From NCBI GenBank assembly GCA_040880975.1, contig JBBEEC010000061.1, positions 11,325 through 75,324 on the forward strand: 64,000 nucleotides of DNA, written 5' to 3'. A program made the translations under genes and the position numbers. The DNA comes from Bacteroidota bacterium (lineage in GTDB: Bacteria > Bacteroidota > Ignavibacteria > UBA10030). Shown one piece after another: positions 46,388 to 56,655 of the stretch (the first letter of the stretch is position 1; each line of letters opens with the position of its first letter). The notes beneath the pieces are model-generated. The model saw only the letters and a list, made by a program, of their open reading frames with translations, made no database searches and was not told where the DNA came from.

Positions 46388-49213
46388 ATGAACCGTTTCC
46401 TTTCCATTATTTCTCTTGCCATCCTCTGCACCTCGATTGCGCTTGCGCAGGGGTCGGGGAAAATCGCAGGCAAGATCACCGACTCCCAGTCCGGTGAGCC
46501 TCTTATAGGCGCCAATGTCATTATCATCGGGACCACCATGGGCTCGGCCACTGACATTGACGGGAATTACTACATTCTGAACGTGCGGCCCGGAAGTTAT
46601 GCGCTGCGCGTAAGCTTCATCGGATATCAAACGATCAATATCAGTAATGTCATCGTCACCTCGGAACTAACCACGGAACTCGACATCAAGCTTTCGAGTG
46701 AAGCCATCACGGTTGCCGAAGTCGAGATCGTTGCTGAAAGGCCGCTGGTGAACAAGAACGCGACCAATGCCATCATGACCGTCCGCGCAGAGGATATCAA
46801 GAATATTCCCACCCGCGGCTATCTCGATGTGATAGCACTTCAACCGGGAATTGTGAAACTCGGCAACAGCCTGTATGTCCGCGGCGGCCGATCCGACGAA
46901 GTGGCCTATTTCATCGACGGCATGATCGTCAACAATCCGTTCAACAGCGCGAATGCCGGTGCCGTGGTCAACGAATCGATTGAAGAGGTGACCTACCAGG
47001 CAGGCGGATTCAGCGCCGAGTACGGGTTCGCGAACGCGGGCCTGATCAGCGCAACGACCAAAGGGGGGAGTGAAAAATATAGCCTTTCCCTCGGCGTGAT
47101 CTCGGATGAAATGTTCTACCACCGGGAAGCCCCTTCCAACCCATTGCAGCGTATGAGAGACGGGTTACAAGGACCCAATGGCTTCCGGTCGTACGGAACG
47201 TCAACTTTTCACGTTTCCGCCGGCGGCCCGATTCCCCTCGCGGGCAACTCGCTGAAATTCCATATCGGTTCCGAGTACACCTATGCACTCGATGGAAACC
47301 CCACGGCTGGACGCAAGTATTACCTCCCACACAATACGTCCAAGCAAGTCACTCTGAACTCCAACATCATCTGGGATTACAAACCCATGAACATCAGAGT
47401 CGGCGGATTCACGAACTTCCTGAACGATCGGGTCTTCAGCCAGTATAACTCTATCTACAATGCCGACAGGAATCAGAAACGTGAGCGTGCGACCCATGCG
47501 TATTATGGCAAAGCAACGCACACACTGGGCGCCTCCACGTTCTATAGTGTCATGGCGAGCTGGTTCCAGACGGAGACCGAGCAAGGTGATCCCGTTTGGT
47601 TTGATGACATCGATTCGTATGGGGATGTCACGAAGAACCCCGTTCTGAGCGGTCCGGGTCGCAATCCCCAGAACTTGTTTCATGACCTATTTGCCGGGCC
47701 TGGATTCGTGAATTTTGGTTACAACTACAACAGGTCCTCGTATCTCAGCGGGAAGGTCGATTTCACCCATCAGTTTGACAAGGCAAATCTCTTGAAAGTT
47801 GGCGGTGAATACCGGTACAACACCATTCGCTATTGGACGACTTCCACTGCACGATACGCACAGGTTCAATCAACCAGCCCGACATTCACCCGCGAAGAGA
47901 TTCTCCGGAATGCTTACACCGACAATATCGGCATGGCGGTGGACGGGGTTGCCAAAGGGCGTAAGACGTTCCTCGATGACGACAGCCGGAACAGCGCCCC
48001 GCATCCGATCATTGCGGCCATCTATGCCCAAGACAAGATCGAGCTTCCGGACCTTGTTCTGAACATCGGATTGCGGTGGGATTACATCAATGCTAATGTG
48101 GATCGATTGAAGGACCCAACCAATATTCGCATCGTCTCGTCCGGTAACTACCAGACGATCGCGGAAGATAATTATGAAGCGGGCGATGCAAGCACGACCA
48201 TCAGCCCGAGATTCGGGTTCTCCTTCCCCGTTACTGACCAGACGGTCTTTCACGCGCAGTACGGTCATTTCATTCAGCATGTCGAATTGAACCGGCTTTA
48301 TACCAGCACGACTCAACTCGTGCAACAACTGACAGCCGGAAATTTCGTGACCGTCGGGAATCCGAGCCTGAAACCAGAGAAAACCGTCACGTATGAGGTT
48401 GGGTTCAGCCAGCAACTCGGCCAGAACGCGAGCCTCGATATTACGACGTATTACAAGGATATCAGTGATCTCGTCCAACTTCGCACGGTATTTGCAACTC
48501 CGGTTTCCTATGCGCAATTCACGAACGGCGATTTCGGAACGGTCAAGGGCGTTAGTTTTGCGTTCTCTCTGCGCCGCACCAACCGGGTCTCTGCGACAGT
48601 GAATTACACATTGCAGTATGCTTCCGGAACCGGCTCGGCAGCAAACACGAACTTCAATATTGCATGGCTTGGGACGAACTATCCGACCTATGTGTCGCCT
48701 CTCGATTTCGATCAACGGCACACCGGCAGCTTCAACTTTGACTTCCGTACGGAAATCGGAGACGGGCCGACGATGTTCGACATGAAACCCCTCGAGCAGG
48801 TTGGCTTGAATCTCTTGCTGACCTTCGGGAGTGGCCGCCCGTACACCCCCGCCCGTGCGACAACGATTCTCTTCGGCCCCGGATGGGAACAACCCGTGGC
48901 AGCCATGAATCAATCGTATTCGCCCTGGAATTTTCAGCTTGATTTGAAGATCGACAAAACCTTCACCTTCGGCACCACAAACCTGAACATTTACCTGTGG
49001 ATGCTGAATCTGACCAATACAAGAAACGTCACGTTCGTCTATAACCAAACCGGGCTGCCGGATGACGATGGATACTTCAGGACAACCGACGGTCAGGCAT
49101 ACGCAGCCGCCGAGGGACAGGAAGCAGTGGACGGATATCGGTATCGTCTCGGAGCCCCCGGAAACTGGGGAACACCGCGACAAATGCGCCTAGGCCTGCG
49201 AGTTGACCTGTGA
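46388..49213 (+). CDS. TonB-dependent outer membrane receptor with N-terminal carboxypeptidase-regulatory-like domain
   Basis: Signal peptide; GKITDSQSGEPLIGANVIIIGTTMGSATDIDGNYYI (CarbopepD_reg-like), plug domain then large beta-barrel. Confidence 0.8.
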   Translation: MNRFLSIISLAILCTSIALAQGSGKIAGKITDSQSGEPLIGANVIIIGTTMGSATDIDGNYYILNVRPGSYALRVSFIGYQTINISNVIVTSELTTELDIKLSSEAITVAEVEIVAERPLVNKNATNAIMTVRAEDIKNIPTRGYLDVIALQPGIVKLGNSLYVRGGRSDEVAYFIDGMIVNNPFNSANAGAVVNESIEEVTYQAGGFSAEYGFANAGLISATTKGGSEKYSLSLGVISDEMFYHREAPSNPLQRMRDGLQGPNGFRSYGTSTFHVSAGGPIPLAGNSLKFHIGSEYTYALDGNPTAGRKYYLPHNTSKQVTLNSNIIWDYKPMNIRVGGFTNFLNDRVFSQYNSIYNADRNQKRERATHAYYGKATHTLGASTFYSVMASWFQTETEQGDPVWFDDIDSYGDVTKNPVLSGPGRNPQNLFHDLFAGPGFVNFGYNYNRSSYLSGKVDFTHQFDKANLLKVGGEYRYNTIRYWTTSTARYAQVQSTSPTFTREEILRNAYTDNIGMAVDGVAKGRKTFLDDDSRNSAPHPIIAAIYAQDKIELPDLVLNIGLRWDYINANVDRLKDPTNIRIVSSGNYQTIAEDNYEAGDASTTISPRFGFSFPVTDQTVFHAQYGHFIQHVELNRLYTSTTQLVQQLTAGNFVTVGNPSLKPEKTVTYEVGFSQQLGQNASLDITTYYKDISDLVQLRTVFATPVSYAQFTNGDFGTVKGVSFAFSLRRTNRVSATVNYTLQYASGTGSAANTNFNIAWLGTNYPTYVSPLDFDQRHTGSFNFDFRTEIGDGPTMFDMKPLEQVGLNLLLTFGSGRPYTPARATTILFGPGWEQPVAAMNQSYSPWNFQLDLKIDKTFTFGTTNLNIYLWMLNLTNTRNVTFVYNQTGLPDDDGYFRTTDGQAYAAAEGQEAVDGYRYRLGAPGNWGTPRQMRLGLRVDL

Positions 49214-49262
49214 TGGTCACGCATTCAATGATATCATTCGGATTTGCTAAGGAGATCACACA

Positions 49263-52200
49263 ATGAAACAGATCATGAATCATCGCCGGCTGGCACTGGG
49301 CGTCATACTGCTTCTCGTGTTCGGTCTTGTTGCCGCCGATGGCGGTGACAGGAAGGGCAAGAAGCCGGTCACCCGGCTGGGCAAGACGGCAACCCTCGAA
49401 TATCAGAACTTCGATGGAAACCGCATCAACAGTATCATGGGAAACAACGGCCAATACGTCAGTCAGGTTGTCACGGGCAACTCGGGCATGGAATGGCCCA
49501 AGGGAACGTTCAAACTGATCGACTATGCCGCGGGAATTTGGGTCGCAGGAAAGGTTGGTACGGAGTACCGTACCGCCGCAGCGGAGTATGCGTCAGAATT
49601 CACCCCCGGAAAGATCCTCCCCTCCGGTCAGGCGGACGACGCCACTCTTCCTCAATATCGGTGGTACAAGATCTCCCGGGCGGACCTTCTTAATCCCGGG
49701 CCTGATTATCTCAACTGGCCGGCTGCCGACGGAGCTCCCGTGGACTCTCTCGGAAACCCCCTGCTCATGGGCGATTTCACCATGTGGTGCGTGTTCAACG
49801 ACATGGATGCGGCCCTGCATGCGAACATATTTTCCACGTCACCGTTAGGCATCGAAATTCAATTCACGGCATGGGGTTATGACCGACCCGATGCCTTCGG
49901 CGATATGATGTTCGTCAAGGCAACAATCATTCACAAGGGCGCGGCGACCATCGATTCGACCTTCATCGCCCTTTGGGACGATCCGGATCTCGGCGATGCT
50001 GGTGACGACTACGTCGGGTGCGATACCACGCTGAGCCTTGGCTATTGCTGGAATGCCGACAATAACGACGCAACCTATGGATCGCCCCCTCCGGCAATCG
50101 GACGTGATTTCTTCCAGGGACCGATCGTTCCGTCACCGGGCGACACAGCACTCGTTTCCGGAAAGAAGATCCCGGGCTACAAGAACCTGCCGATGTTTGC
50201 ATTTGCGTATTACACCAACGCGGCCACGTATCCGAAAGGCGACCCCGAGACGGGTGAAGAGGCCTTCAATTACATGACCGGCCATTATCAGGATGGCAGC
50301 TCGTTTATCAATCCGATGACGAGTCAACCCACACGGTTCGTTTTCCCGGGAGATCCCGAGGCGGGAACCGGCTGGAGTGAAGCGAGTCCCACCGTCGAGG
50401 CGCCCGGTGATCGCCGATTCTTGATGTCGTCCGGACCCTTCACATTCGCTCCGGGTGACACGCAGGAAGTTGTGTTCGGCGTCTTGATCGCCACCGGTGG
50501 TAACAATAAGAGCAGTGTCTCTGTGCTCAAAGAAGTCGACAAGAGTGCACAGACCGCTTACGACATCAACTTTGCCCTGCCGCCGTCACCTCCCGTTCCC
50601 ACCACAACGCTCACTGAGCTTGATCGCGAAGTGGTCCTTGTGTGGGAAGACAACGCAGAGACCTATACGGCCATCGATCTGATCAAAGTTGACACATCGA
50701 CCGGCTTGCCGACCTCATACGATTTTGAGGGATATGTGGTGTATCAGGTCGACCATCCGTCGGCCCCGACCATCATAAAACCCCTTGCAACCTATGACCT
50801 GGACAACATGGTTCTCGATATCAAGGACTTCCTCTACGATCCAAACTATGGCGAGAACGTTGAGGTCACGGTTGTTAAAGGAACGAATTCGGGCCTTCAG
50901 CGCCGCTTTTCGACAAAGATGGATGCCATTGCAGGGCTTCCCCTTATCAACGGCAACCCGTATTACTTTGTCGTAGCCTCGTACGCGTACAATTCCTGGG
51001 GTGTCCCGAGAATGCTGAAGAGTGCCACAAGCATCATCACGGCACGGCCTCATGCAGAACCTCCAGGTACCCGCTGGAACAGCGCGTCGGGCGACACTAT
51101 TAAAGCGGCGCATTCCGCCGGAACCAGCGACGGAAGTGCCTTTGCGATTGTTGTCGATCCGACGAAAATCACGGGTCATAATTATGAGGTTTCTTTTGCG
51201 TTTGACGCAGGAGCCGGTGAATTTCTCTGGACCCTTCGGGATCTGAACACTGCCACCGCCGTCATTGAGGACCAATCCAATCAGTCAGGTGATGGAATGC
51301 ATTTGATTGCCGACGGTATCCAGATGAAGGTTCTCGGCCCCCCGGCCATCGTGAAGGATTACACCTTTACGGGTGGGACTCGATGGTTCAACGGAGTCAA
51401 TTGGGGAGGGGATATTCTCGGCGGCGGTTTTGGAACGGGACCGAACTTCTGGGGCGGTACCTGCACTCCAGACCAGTTCGTTACGATTGAAATCCGGTTC
51501 CGCACAAATGCAGATGGCCAAAGGGCATACCGCTATGTGCGGGGAGGTACTCCCAGCTACGGATACGTGGATTACACGCAACAACATTTCGAAATTTGGG
51601 ATGTCACTTCGAGCCCTGCCCGGCAGCTGAATGTTGCCTATGTTGAGCAAGCAGGAGGCGCAGCGGCTGACGCACTCTGGGGTCCAACAACCTCCTCGGC
51701 AGACCGGGAGTACATGTTCATCCTGAACAGTACCTACAGCGGCAGTACACCGGATCCCGCCTACACGTCGATGAATTTGCTGAACGACGATTTCGATATC
51801 CTCTATGGATGGTGGCCTCTCCTCCGAACCGGCTATACGATTGATTGGGCGGATGGGCAGATTCTGACAGTGATACCGAACTTCGTCAATTCGCAAAACG
51901 ACCGGTTTACATTCTCAACATCCGGCCTGCAACCTACTGTCAACACCGCACTCGCAAAAGCTGATATCGAGATGATCAATGTGTTTCCGAATCCGTATTT
52001 CGGTGCACAAGCGAACGAACGGGACCCCTTGAACCGTTTCGTCACCTTTACCCGGCTCCCGATGCAGGAGAAAACAAAGATCAGAATTTTCTCCCTTGCC
52101 GGGGTTCTCGTCCGCCAGATCGAGCATGCAATGGGATCAACCTTTGAACGGTGGGATCTTCGAAACACCGATGGAATCCCCGTGGCAAGCGGAATGTATC

Positions 52201-52286
52201 TCGCGCAGATTGAAATTGAGGGTCTTGGATCAAAGATCCTTAAACTCGGAGTGATCCAACCCGAGGAGCGGCTGGATCGGCTGTAA
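49263..52286 (+). CDS. large secreted protein with T9SS C-terminal sorting domain (T9SS cargo), function unknown
   Basis: RBS AAGGAG; signal peptide; C-terminal about 85 aa VFPNPY...IRIFSLAGVLV...WDLRNTDGIPVASGMYLAQIE...KILKL matches the Por secretion tail/type A CTD pattern. Confidence 0.65.
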   Translation: MKQIMNHRRLALGVILLLVFGLVAADGGDRKGKKPVTRLGKTATLEYQNFDGNRINSIMGNNGQYVSQVVTGNSGMEWPKGTFKLIDYAAGIWVAGKVGTEYRTAAAEYASEFTPGKILPSGQADDATLPQYRWYKISRADLLNPGPDYLNWPAADGAPVDSLGNPLLMGDFTMWCVFNDMDAALHANIFSTSPLGIEIQFTAWGYDRPDAFGDMMFVKATIIHKGAATIDSTFIALWDDPDLGDAGDDYVGCDTTLSLGYCWNADNNDATYGSPPPAIGRDFFQGPIVPSPGDTALVSGKKIPGYKNLPMFAFAYYTNAATYPKGDPETGEEAFNYMTGHYQDGSSFINPMTSQPTRFVFPGDPEAGTGWSEASPTVEAPGDRRFLMSSGPFTFAPGDTQEVVFGVLIATGGNNKSSVSVLKEVDKSAQTAYDINFALPPSPPVPTTTLTELDREVVLVWEDNAETYTAIDLIKVDTSTGLPTSYDFEGYVVYQVDHPSAPTIIKPLATYDLDNMVLDIKDFLYDPNYGENVEVTVVKGTNSGLQRRFSTKMDAIAGLPLINGNPYYFVVASYAYNSWGVPRMLKSATSIITARPHAEPPGTRWNSASGDTIKAAHSAGTSDGSAFAIVVDPTKITGHNYEVSFAFDAGAGEFLWTLRDLNTATAVIEDQSNQSGDGMHLIADGIQMKVLGPPAIVKDYTFTGGTRWFNGVNWGGDILGGGFGTGPNFWGGTCTPDQFVTIEIRFRTNADGQRAYRYVRGGTPSYGYVDYTQQHFEIWDVTSSPARQLNVAYVEQAGGAAADALWGPTTSSADREYMFILNSTYSGSTPDPAYTSMNLLNDDFDILYGWWPLLRTGYTIDWADGQILTVIPNFVNSQNDRFTFSTSGLQPTVNTALAKADIEMINVFPNPYFGAQANERDPLNRFVTFTRLPMQEKTKIRIFSLAGVLVRQIEHAMGSTFERWDLRNTDGIPVASGMYLAQIEIEGLGSKILKLGVIQPEERLDRL

Positions 52287-52292
52287 GAGTAC

Positions 52293-52320
52293 CGCCGGAG
52301 AGGCCTTTGCTTCTCCGGCG
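52293..52320 (+). terminator. GC-rich hairpin downstream of T9SS cargo gene (weak terminator/attenuator candidate)
   Basis: 9-bp stem CGCCGGAGA ... TCTCCGGCG with 10-nt loop; no strong T tract follows. Confidence 0.3.
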
Positions 52321-52362
52321 TCCTTACAACGTTTGAACATGAAAGAACCAAAGGAGTATATC

Positions 52363-53403
52363 ATGAAGACATCACAAACAACCACCATCTGGGTGCTCCT
52401 CCTCGGGTTGCTGGTCGGGTTTACCCAAGCCGACGCAGGATCCGGAAAACGGAAGGGCACTTCCGGCGCGCAGGAGCTTTTAATTCCACTCGGTGCCCGT
52501 AGTATCGGCCTTGCAGGCTCATACGTCTCAGGTATTCAGGGTGTTGAAGCTCTGTACTGGAATCCGGCAGGCGCTGCAAATATACAGAATTCCGCAGAGG
52601 CAATGTTCGCGCATATGAATTACATGGCGGACATTAAAGTCGAGTACGCAGGCGTTGCTGCGAAACTCGGTGAGTTCGGCACATTGGGATTCAGTATCCA
52701 GACGCTCAATTTCGGCGATATCCTTATCACCACCAACGATTTCCCGGATGGCACGGGAGAGATGTATTCCCCCAATTTCATGACGCTCGGACTCAACTTC
52801 TCCAAAATGATGACCGACCGGATCGCTTTCGGCGTCAATATGAAAGTTGTGACCGAGACCATCATGAGAGAGTCTGCGACCGGCCTTGCTTTTGATTTCG
52901 GTTTGCAATATCAGACGGGGCTGCGGGGATTTAAATTCGGCGTGGTGATGAAAAATCTTGGCCCGAGCATGAGGTTCGACGGTCCGGACCTGGAGCAATC
53001 TGTTCAGCTTCCCGGAACGGAGCCCGGCACACAACCAAGGCCCCTGCGTATCACCTCGCAAGAATTCGATCTGCCCTCAACACTTGAATTCGGAACATCG
53101 TACGAGATCCCCCTGATGGAACAATCCCACCTCATAGTCACAGGAACGTTTGTCCATCAGAATTTCTCGTATGATGACTTCAGGATCGGCGGCGAGTGGT
53201 CCTATAACAATATGTTCTTCCTCAGGGCCGGTTATGCTCTTTCTCCGGACCTGCCGACGGATGAAGCGATGTTCACCTATACGGCAGGGGCAGGTGTTCA
53301 ATTCAGCTTGAGCTCAACCATGAGTATCGTCGTGGACTATGCCTTTCGGGCAACAGAGTTCTTCGATGATAACCATGTTGTTGCCGTGAAACTCGGGCTG
53401 TAA
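52363..53403 (+). CDS. PorV/PorQ-family (FadL-like) outer membrane beta-barrel protein
   Basis: RBS AGGAG; signal peptide; N-terminal LIPLGARSIGLAGSYVSGIQGVEALYWNPAGAA block characteristic of the PorV/PorQ family; lies immediately downstream of a T9SS cargo gene. Confidence 0.55.
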   Translation: MKTSQTTTIWVLLLGLLVGFTQADAGSGKRKGTSGAQELLIPLGARSIGLAGSYVSGIQGVEALYWNPAGAANIQNSAEAMFAHMNYMADIKVEYAGVAAKLGEFGTLGFSIQTLNFGDILITTNDFPDGTGEMYSPNFMTLGLNFSKMMTDRIAFGVNMKVVTETIMRESATGLAFDFGLQYQTGLRGFKFGVVMKNLGPSMRFDGPDLEQSVQLPGTEPGTQPRPLRITSQEFDLPSTLEFGTSYEIPLMEQSHLIVTGTFVHQNFSYDDFRIGGEWSYNNMFFLRAGYALSPDLPTDEAMFTYTAGAGVQFSLSSTMSIVVDYAFRATEFFDDNHVVAVKLGL

Positions 53404-53485
53404 CCTGCCTGAATCAGACACAAAAGGGCCGGCTCTCTTCCCTCCTTCAAGGGCTGGCCCTTCCTTATGTACTCCAATCTACAAT

Positions 53486-54757
53486 CTACGTTTTCTGCTG
53501 TTTTTTCTTTGCCGCCGGGAACAGAACGTTATTGAGGATCAGTCGATATCCCGGTGAATTCCGGTAAAGATTCAGATCCGTCGGGGGATCGCCCACTGCA
53601 TGCTGGTAATCTTCGGGATCATGCCCTCCATACCAGGTAAACGTCCCGCGCCCGAAGTTTCCATGCAGGTATTTGATTTCTTCCGTTCCCTCGCGCTCTG
53701 CCAGCTGCACGACGGTTCGCTTGATCAGGCTCTTCCGAAACGCGGTCGTTTGCCCCATGAATCCCCGAACCATATTCACATGGTTTTGCGTAAGCATGGT
53801 CGGAACGGGATCGTACTTCGCTGAAAACTCAAAAAGAGTGAAGTAATCCGTTCCAGGATCGCGAAGCGGGGGGGGGTCACTGGTGGGAATGTCGATATCG
53901 GAGTACTCGTAACGAAGCGGATTCTTGTCGAGCGCAAATCCTTCAAATGCGAGCGTCCTGGCGAAATCCAGCCGATTGGTCGCATCACGATCGGGCGGGT
54001 CTCCGTCAAACATGACATCACAGATGTCGATATCACCTGCTGCGAGAGCTATGTCGTAGCTGTCCGTGGCAGAACACATCGCAAACATGAAACCACCCTG
54101 ACCGATGTATTCTTTGATAGCCCGCGCGACGGCCTTTTTTTCGTCCGAGACTTTTTTGAAGCCAAGCCGTTTTGCCTCCCGCTCGTAGAGCATTTGCTGC
54201 TGGATATACCATTGCGCATGCCGGTAGTTTGCGTAGAATTTCCCGTACTGGCCTGTAAAGTCCTCGTGATGCAAATGGAGCCAGTCGTATTCGCTCAGCT
54301 TGCCCGACAGTACTTCCTCATCCCAGACCTTCGTATAAGGGATCTCGGCATATTCCAGCGCAAGCGTAACAGCATCATCCCATGGCTTAAAATTCGGGGG
54401 AACATAAACAGCGATCCTCGGTGCTTTTTCCAGGCGCACGATATCCGTATTGGCGTCATCGCGCTGTACATCGGCGAGAATGATCGCTGCCTGCCCGGCC
54501 CCGATCTCCTCGAATTTCACAGCACGGACGCGGCATTCACGCGCAAGAATATCACTATAATCCATCAAGAACGATCCCCCGCGATAGTTCAGCAGCCAAT
54601 CGACTGTCCCTCCCTGTTCCAGAAGCCAGAATGCCACACCGTACGATTTCAAATGGTCGGTCTGCCCGCCGTCCATCGTGATCAGAAGCTTCGTTTGGGT
54701 CTGAAGAGAGACGCTGCTGCCGGCCACCAAGAGTCCCACAATAATTCCTCGAATCAT
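53486..54757 (-). CDS. hypothetical secreted protein (possible GATase1-like fold)
   Basis: Signal peptide; 423 aa; no confident family assignment; 4-nt overlap with the upstream TPR gene. Confidence 0.4.
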   Translation of the reverse strand: MIRGIIVGLLVAGSSVSLQTQTKLLITMDGGQTDHLKSYGVAFWLLEQGGTVDWLLNYRGGSFLMDYSDILARECRVRAVKFEEIGAGQAAIILADVQRDDANTDIVRLEKAPRIAVYVPPNFKPWDDAVTLALEYAEIPYTKVWDEEVLSGKLSEYDWLHLHHEDFTGQYGKFYANYRHAQWYIQQQMLYEREAKRLGFKKVSDEKKAVARAIKEYIGQGGFMFAMCSATDSYDIALAAGDIDICDVMFDGDPPDRDATNRLDFARTLAFEGFALDKNPLRYEYSDIDIPTSDPPPLRDPGTDYFTLFEFSAKYDPVPTMLTQNHVNMVRGFMGQTTAFRKSLIKRTVVQLAEREGTEEIKYLHGNFGRGTFTWYGGHDPEDYQHAVGDPPTDLNLYRNSPGYRLILNNVLFPAAKKKQQKT

Positions 54758-56604
54758 ATTGCGTCTCCCCTCAACCTTCGCATCCGACGACGGGCTTCCT
54801 CTGCGTGCAAGGACATGGGGAAGAGTTTTAGAAGTTCTTCATATGCCTCAAGGGCCAGCATGGGGTTGTTCAACTTCTGCTCATAGATCTCTCCAATTCG
54901 CATCAACGCCCTGTCACGAAGGATGCTTGATGTCATTTCCCTTGTCATGGATCGCAATGTTTCCACCGCTTCAAGTGGTTTTCCCAGGAGAAGCTGGATC
55001 TCTCCGATCCTCATTTTCGCATCATCCACGAGCAATGCCTGGGGAAACCGGCGAATCACTTCCCGAAAGCTTTCGAGGGCCTCCGGATACCTTCGCTGGC
55101 GCATGAGCAGGTCACTCGAGGCAAAAAGGGTCAGTCCCTCCGAACCGGCACCGAGATTCTCTTCGATGAAGTACTGAAGTTCAAGAGCATCATTGGCAAG
55201 GTCGGTCGACGATTGCAGCGAAAGCCGCTTCAGAACCACAATCGACGTATCGAATGAAGCGTCGAAATAGTCAAGCTCTGCCAAGTGATAGAGCACGCGG
55301 TCGCGGAACAAGGGGTCCGAGTTTCCCAGCAACGAGACATAGCGGACCCTTGCAGCTTTCAAGTCGTTGCGGGCGATCAGTACTCCGGCCGCAGCGAGAG
55401 AACTTTCCCGCGCCAGCGGACTGTCGGGCACAATGGAGGGAATACCGGTAAAAGCTGCCAAAGCTCCGTCAAGGTCCAGCGACCGATCCCGCTTGATGAC
55501 ACCAATTCGAAAATATGCCTGGGCGGCAATCGGTGTTCCGGGATAATCGCGAATGATCGCGTCGAAAAGCCCCAAAGCGCTGCCAATGGACGGCCGGGTT
55601 TCAGAAACGGGCCATTGTACCCCCGACCCGGCGGCAACGGTCGAATCGATGACCATGCTCAGTTCTTCCGTTGCGCGGGCAAGTCCCAAACGCGCAGCGG
55701 GCTGAATTTCTTTCGGGGGGGGGATCGCCAGAACTTCCTGGTATGCCTTGACCGCCGTTCCCAGTTCCCTCTCCTCAAAGGCTCGCTTGGCAAAATTGAA
55801 AAGCTCGATCCCCCGAGCTCTTGAATAACGGTCGATGATCCTGTACTGTTCCAGGGCACCGGAATATTCCTTCCCCTCCATCAGGATCCATGCATAGAAT
55901 TGGCGAAGCGGAATGAGGTTTCCCTTTGCGTCAAGGGCCTCTCGTACTGCTTTGGTCGCCGTCGCAAGCGCTTCCGGCCGGCTCAGGAAAAGCGACATGC
56001 GCGACTGGATGTCAGCAAGCTGGGATGGCTGTTGCGTCAGGAGCCGAACATACTCGCGGGCGGCATTCTCATACTGCTGAAATGCTCCGTACAGATTTGC
56101 AAGCTCCCCGGTGAATACATTCGCATCTCCCGTTGCTTGTCGTGCCTGGAGAAACAATGAGATGGCCCGATCGTACAATCGATACTCCATCATTTCCCCC
56201 GCGATCATTCTATAGAGGCTGATATTCGTGGGGTTGGATCGGAGAACCGACTGCCACACCGAATCAGCTTTTTGCTCTTCCCCTTTCTGATAGTACACCC
56301 CGCCAAGCGAAGATAACAACAGGGGGCTTTCGGGTTGAAGTGTGATGCGGTAACGAATCAGTTCAATGGCCTTGTCGTACTCCTTCAGCTGAATATATCC
56401 CCGGCGCAAGGCTTCGAAATAAACGAAATTCTTCGGGTCGCTAAAAAGGAGTGATTCATAGAGCGGAACGGCGCGTTCCCACTCGCCCGAACGCTCAAAA
56501 CTCTGAGCAAGACGGAGTTTGACCGTGGCATCAGGGGTTTGTGCCGAGGCCGGGAGAATTCCCGCAAGCAGGAACACCATGACAAGAATAGATCGGAGAT
56601 TCAT
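54754..56604 (-). CDS. secreted tetratricopeptide-repeat protein
   Basis: Signal peptide MNLRSILVMVFLLAGILPASAQ; many TPR-like W/Y-A-x-A-Y-x-L/G periodicities. Confidence 0.7.
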   Translation of the reverse strand: MNLRSILVMVFLLAGILPASAQTPDATVKLRLAQSFERSGEWERAVPLYESLLFSDPKNFVYFEALRRGYIQLKEYDKAIELIRYRITLQPESPLLLSSLGGVYYQKGEEQKADSVWQSVLRSNPTNISLYRMIAGEMMEYRLYDRAISLFLQARQATGDANVFTGELANLYGAFQQYENAAREYVRLLTQQPSQLADIQSRMSLFLSRPEALATATKAVREALDAKGNLIPLRQFYAWILMEGKEYSGALEQYRIIDRYSRARGIELFNFAKRAFEERELGTAVKAYQEVLAIPPPKEIQPAARLGLARATEELSMVIDSTVAAGSGVQWPVSETRPSIGSALGLFDAIIRDYPGTPIAAQAYFRIGVIKRDRSLDLDGALAAFTGIPSIVPDSPLARESSLAAAGVLIARNDLKAARVRYVSLLGNSDPLFRDRVLYHLAELDYFDASFDTSIVVLKRLSLQSSTDLANDALELQYFIEENLGAGSEGLTLFASSDLLMRQRRYPEALESFREVIRRFPQALLVDDAKMRIGEIQLLLGKPLEAVETLRSMTREMTSSILRDRALMRIGEIYEQKLNNPMLALEAYEELLKLFPMSLHAEEARRRMRRLRGDAI

Positions 56605-56655
56605 CTTTTCCTTAACGAGGCAAACCCCAGGAAGGTTCTCACCTTCCCCGCCTTC

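Noticed and set aside
53404-53485. Possible bidirectional terminator between convergent PorV-like and hypothetical genes (AAGGGCC … GGCCCTT)
   Set aside because: Alternative pairings are short or have a 27-nt loop, and there is no flanking T or A run. Not supportable.
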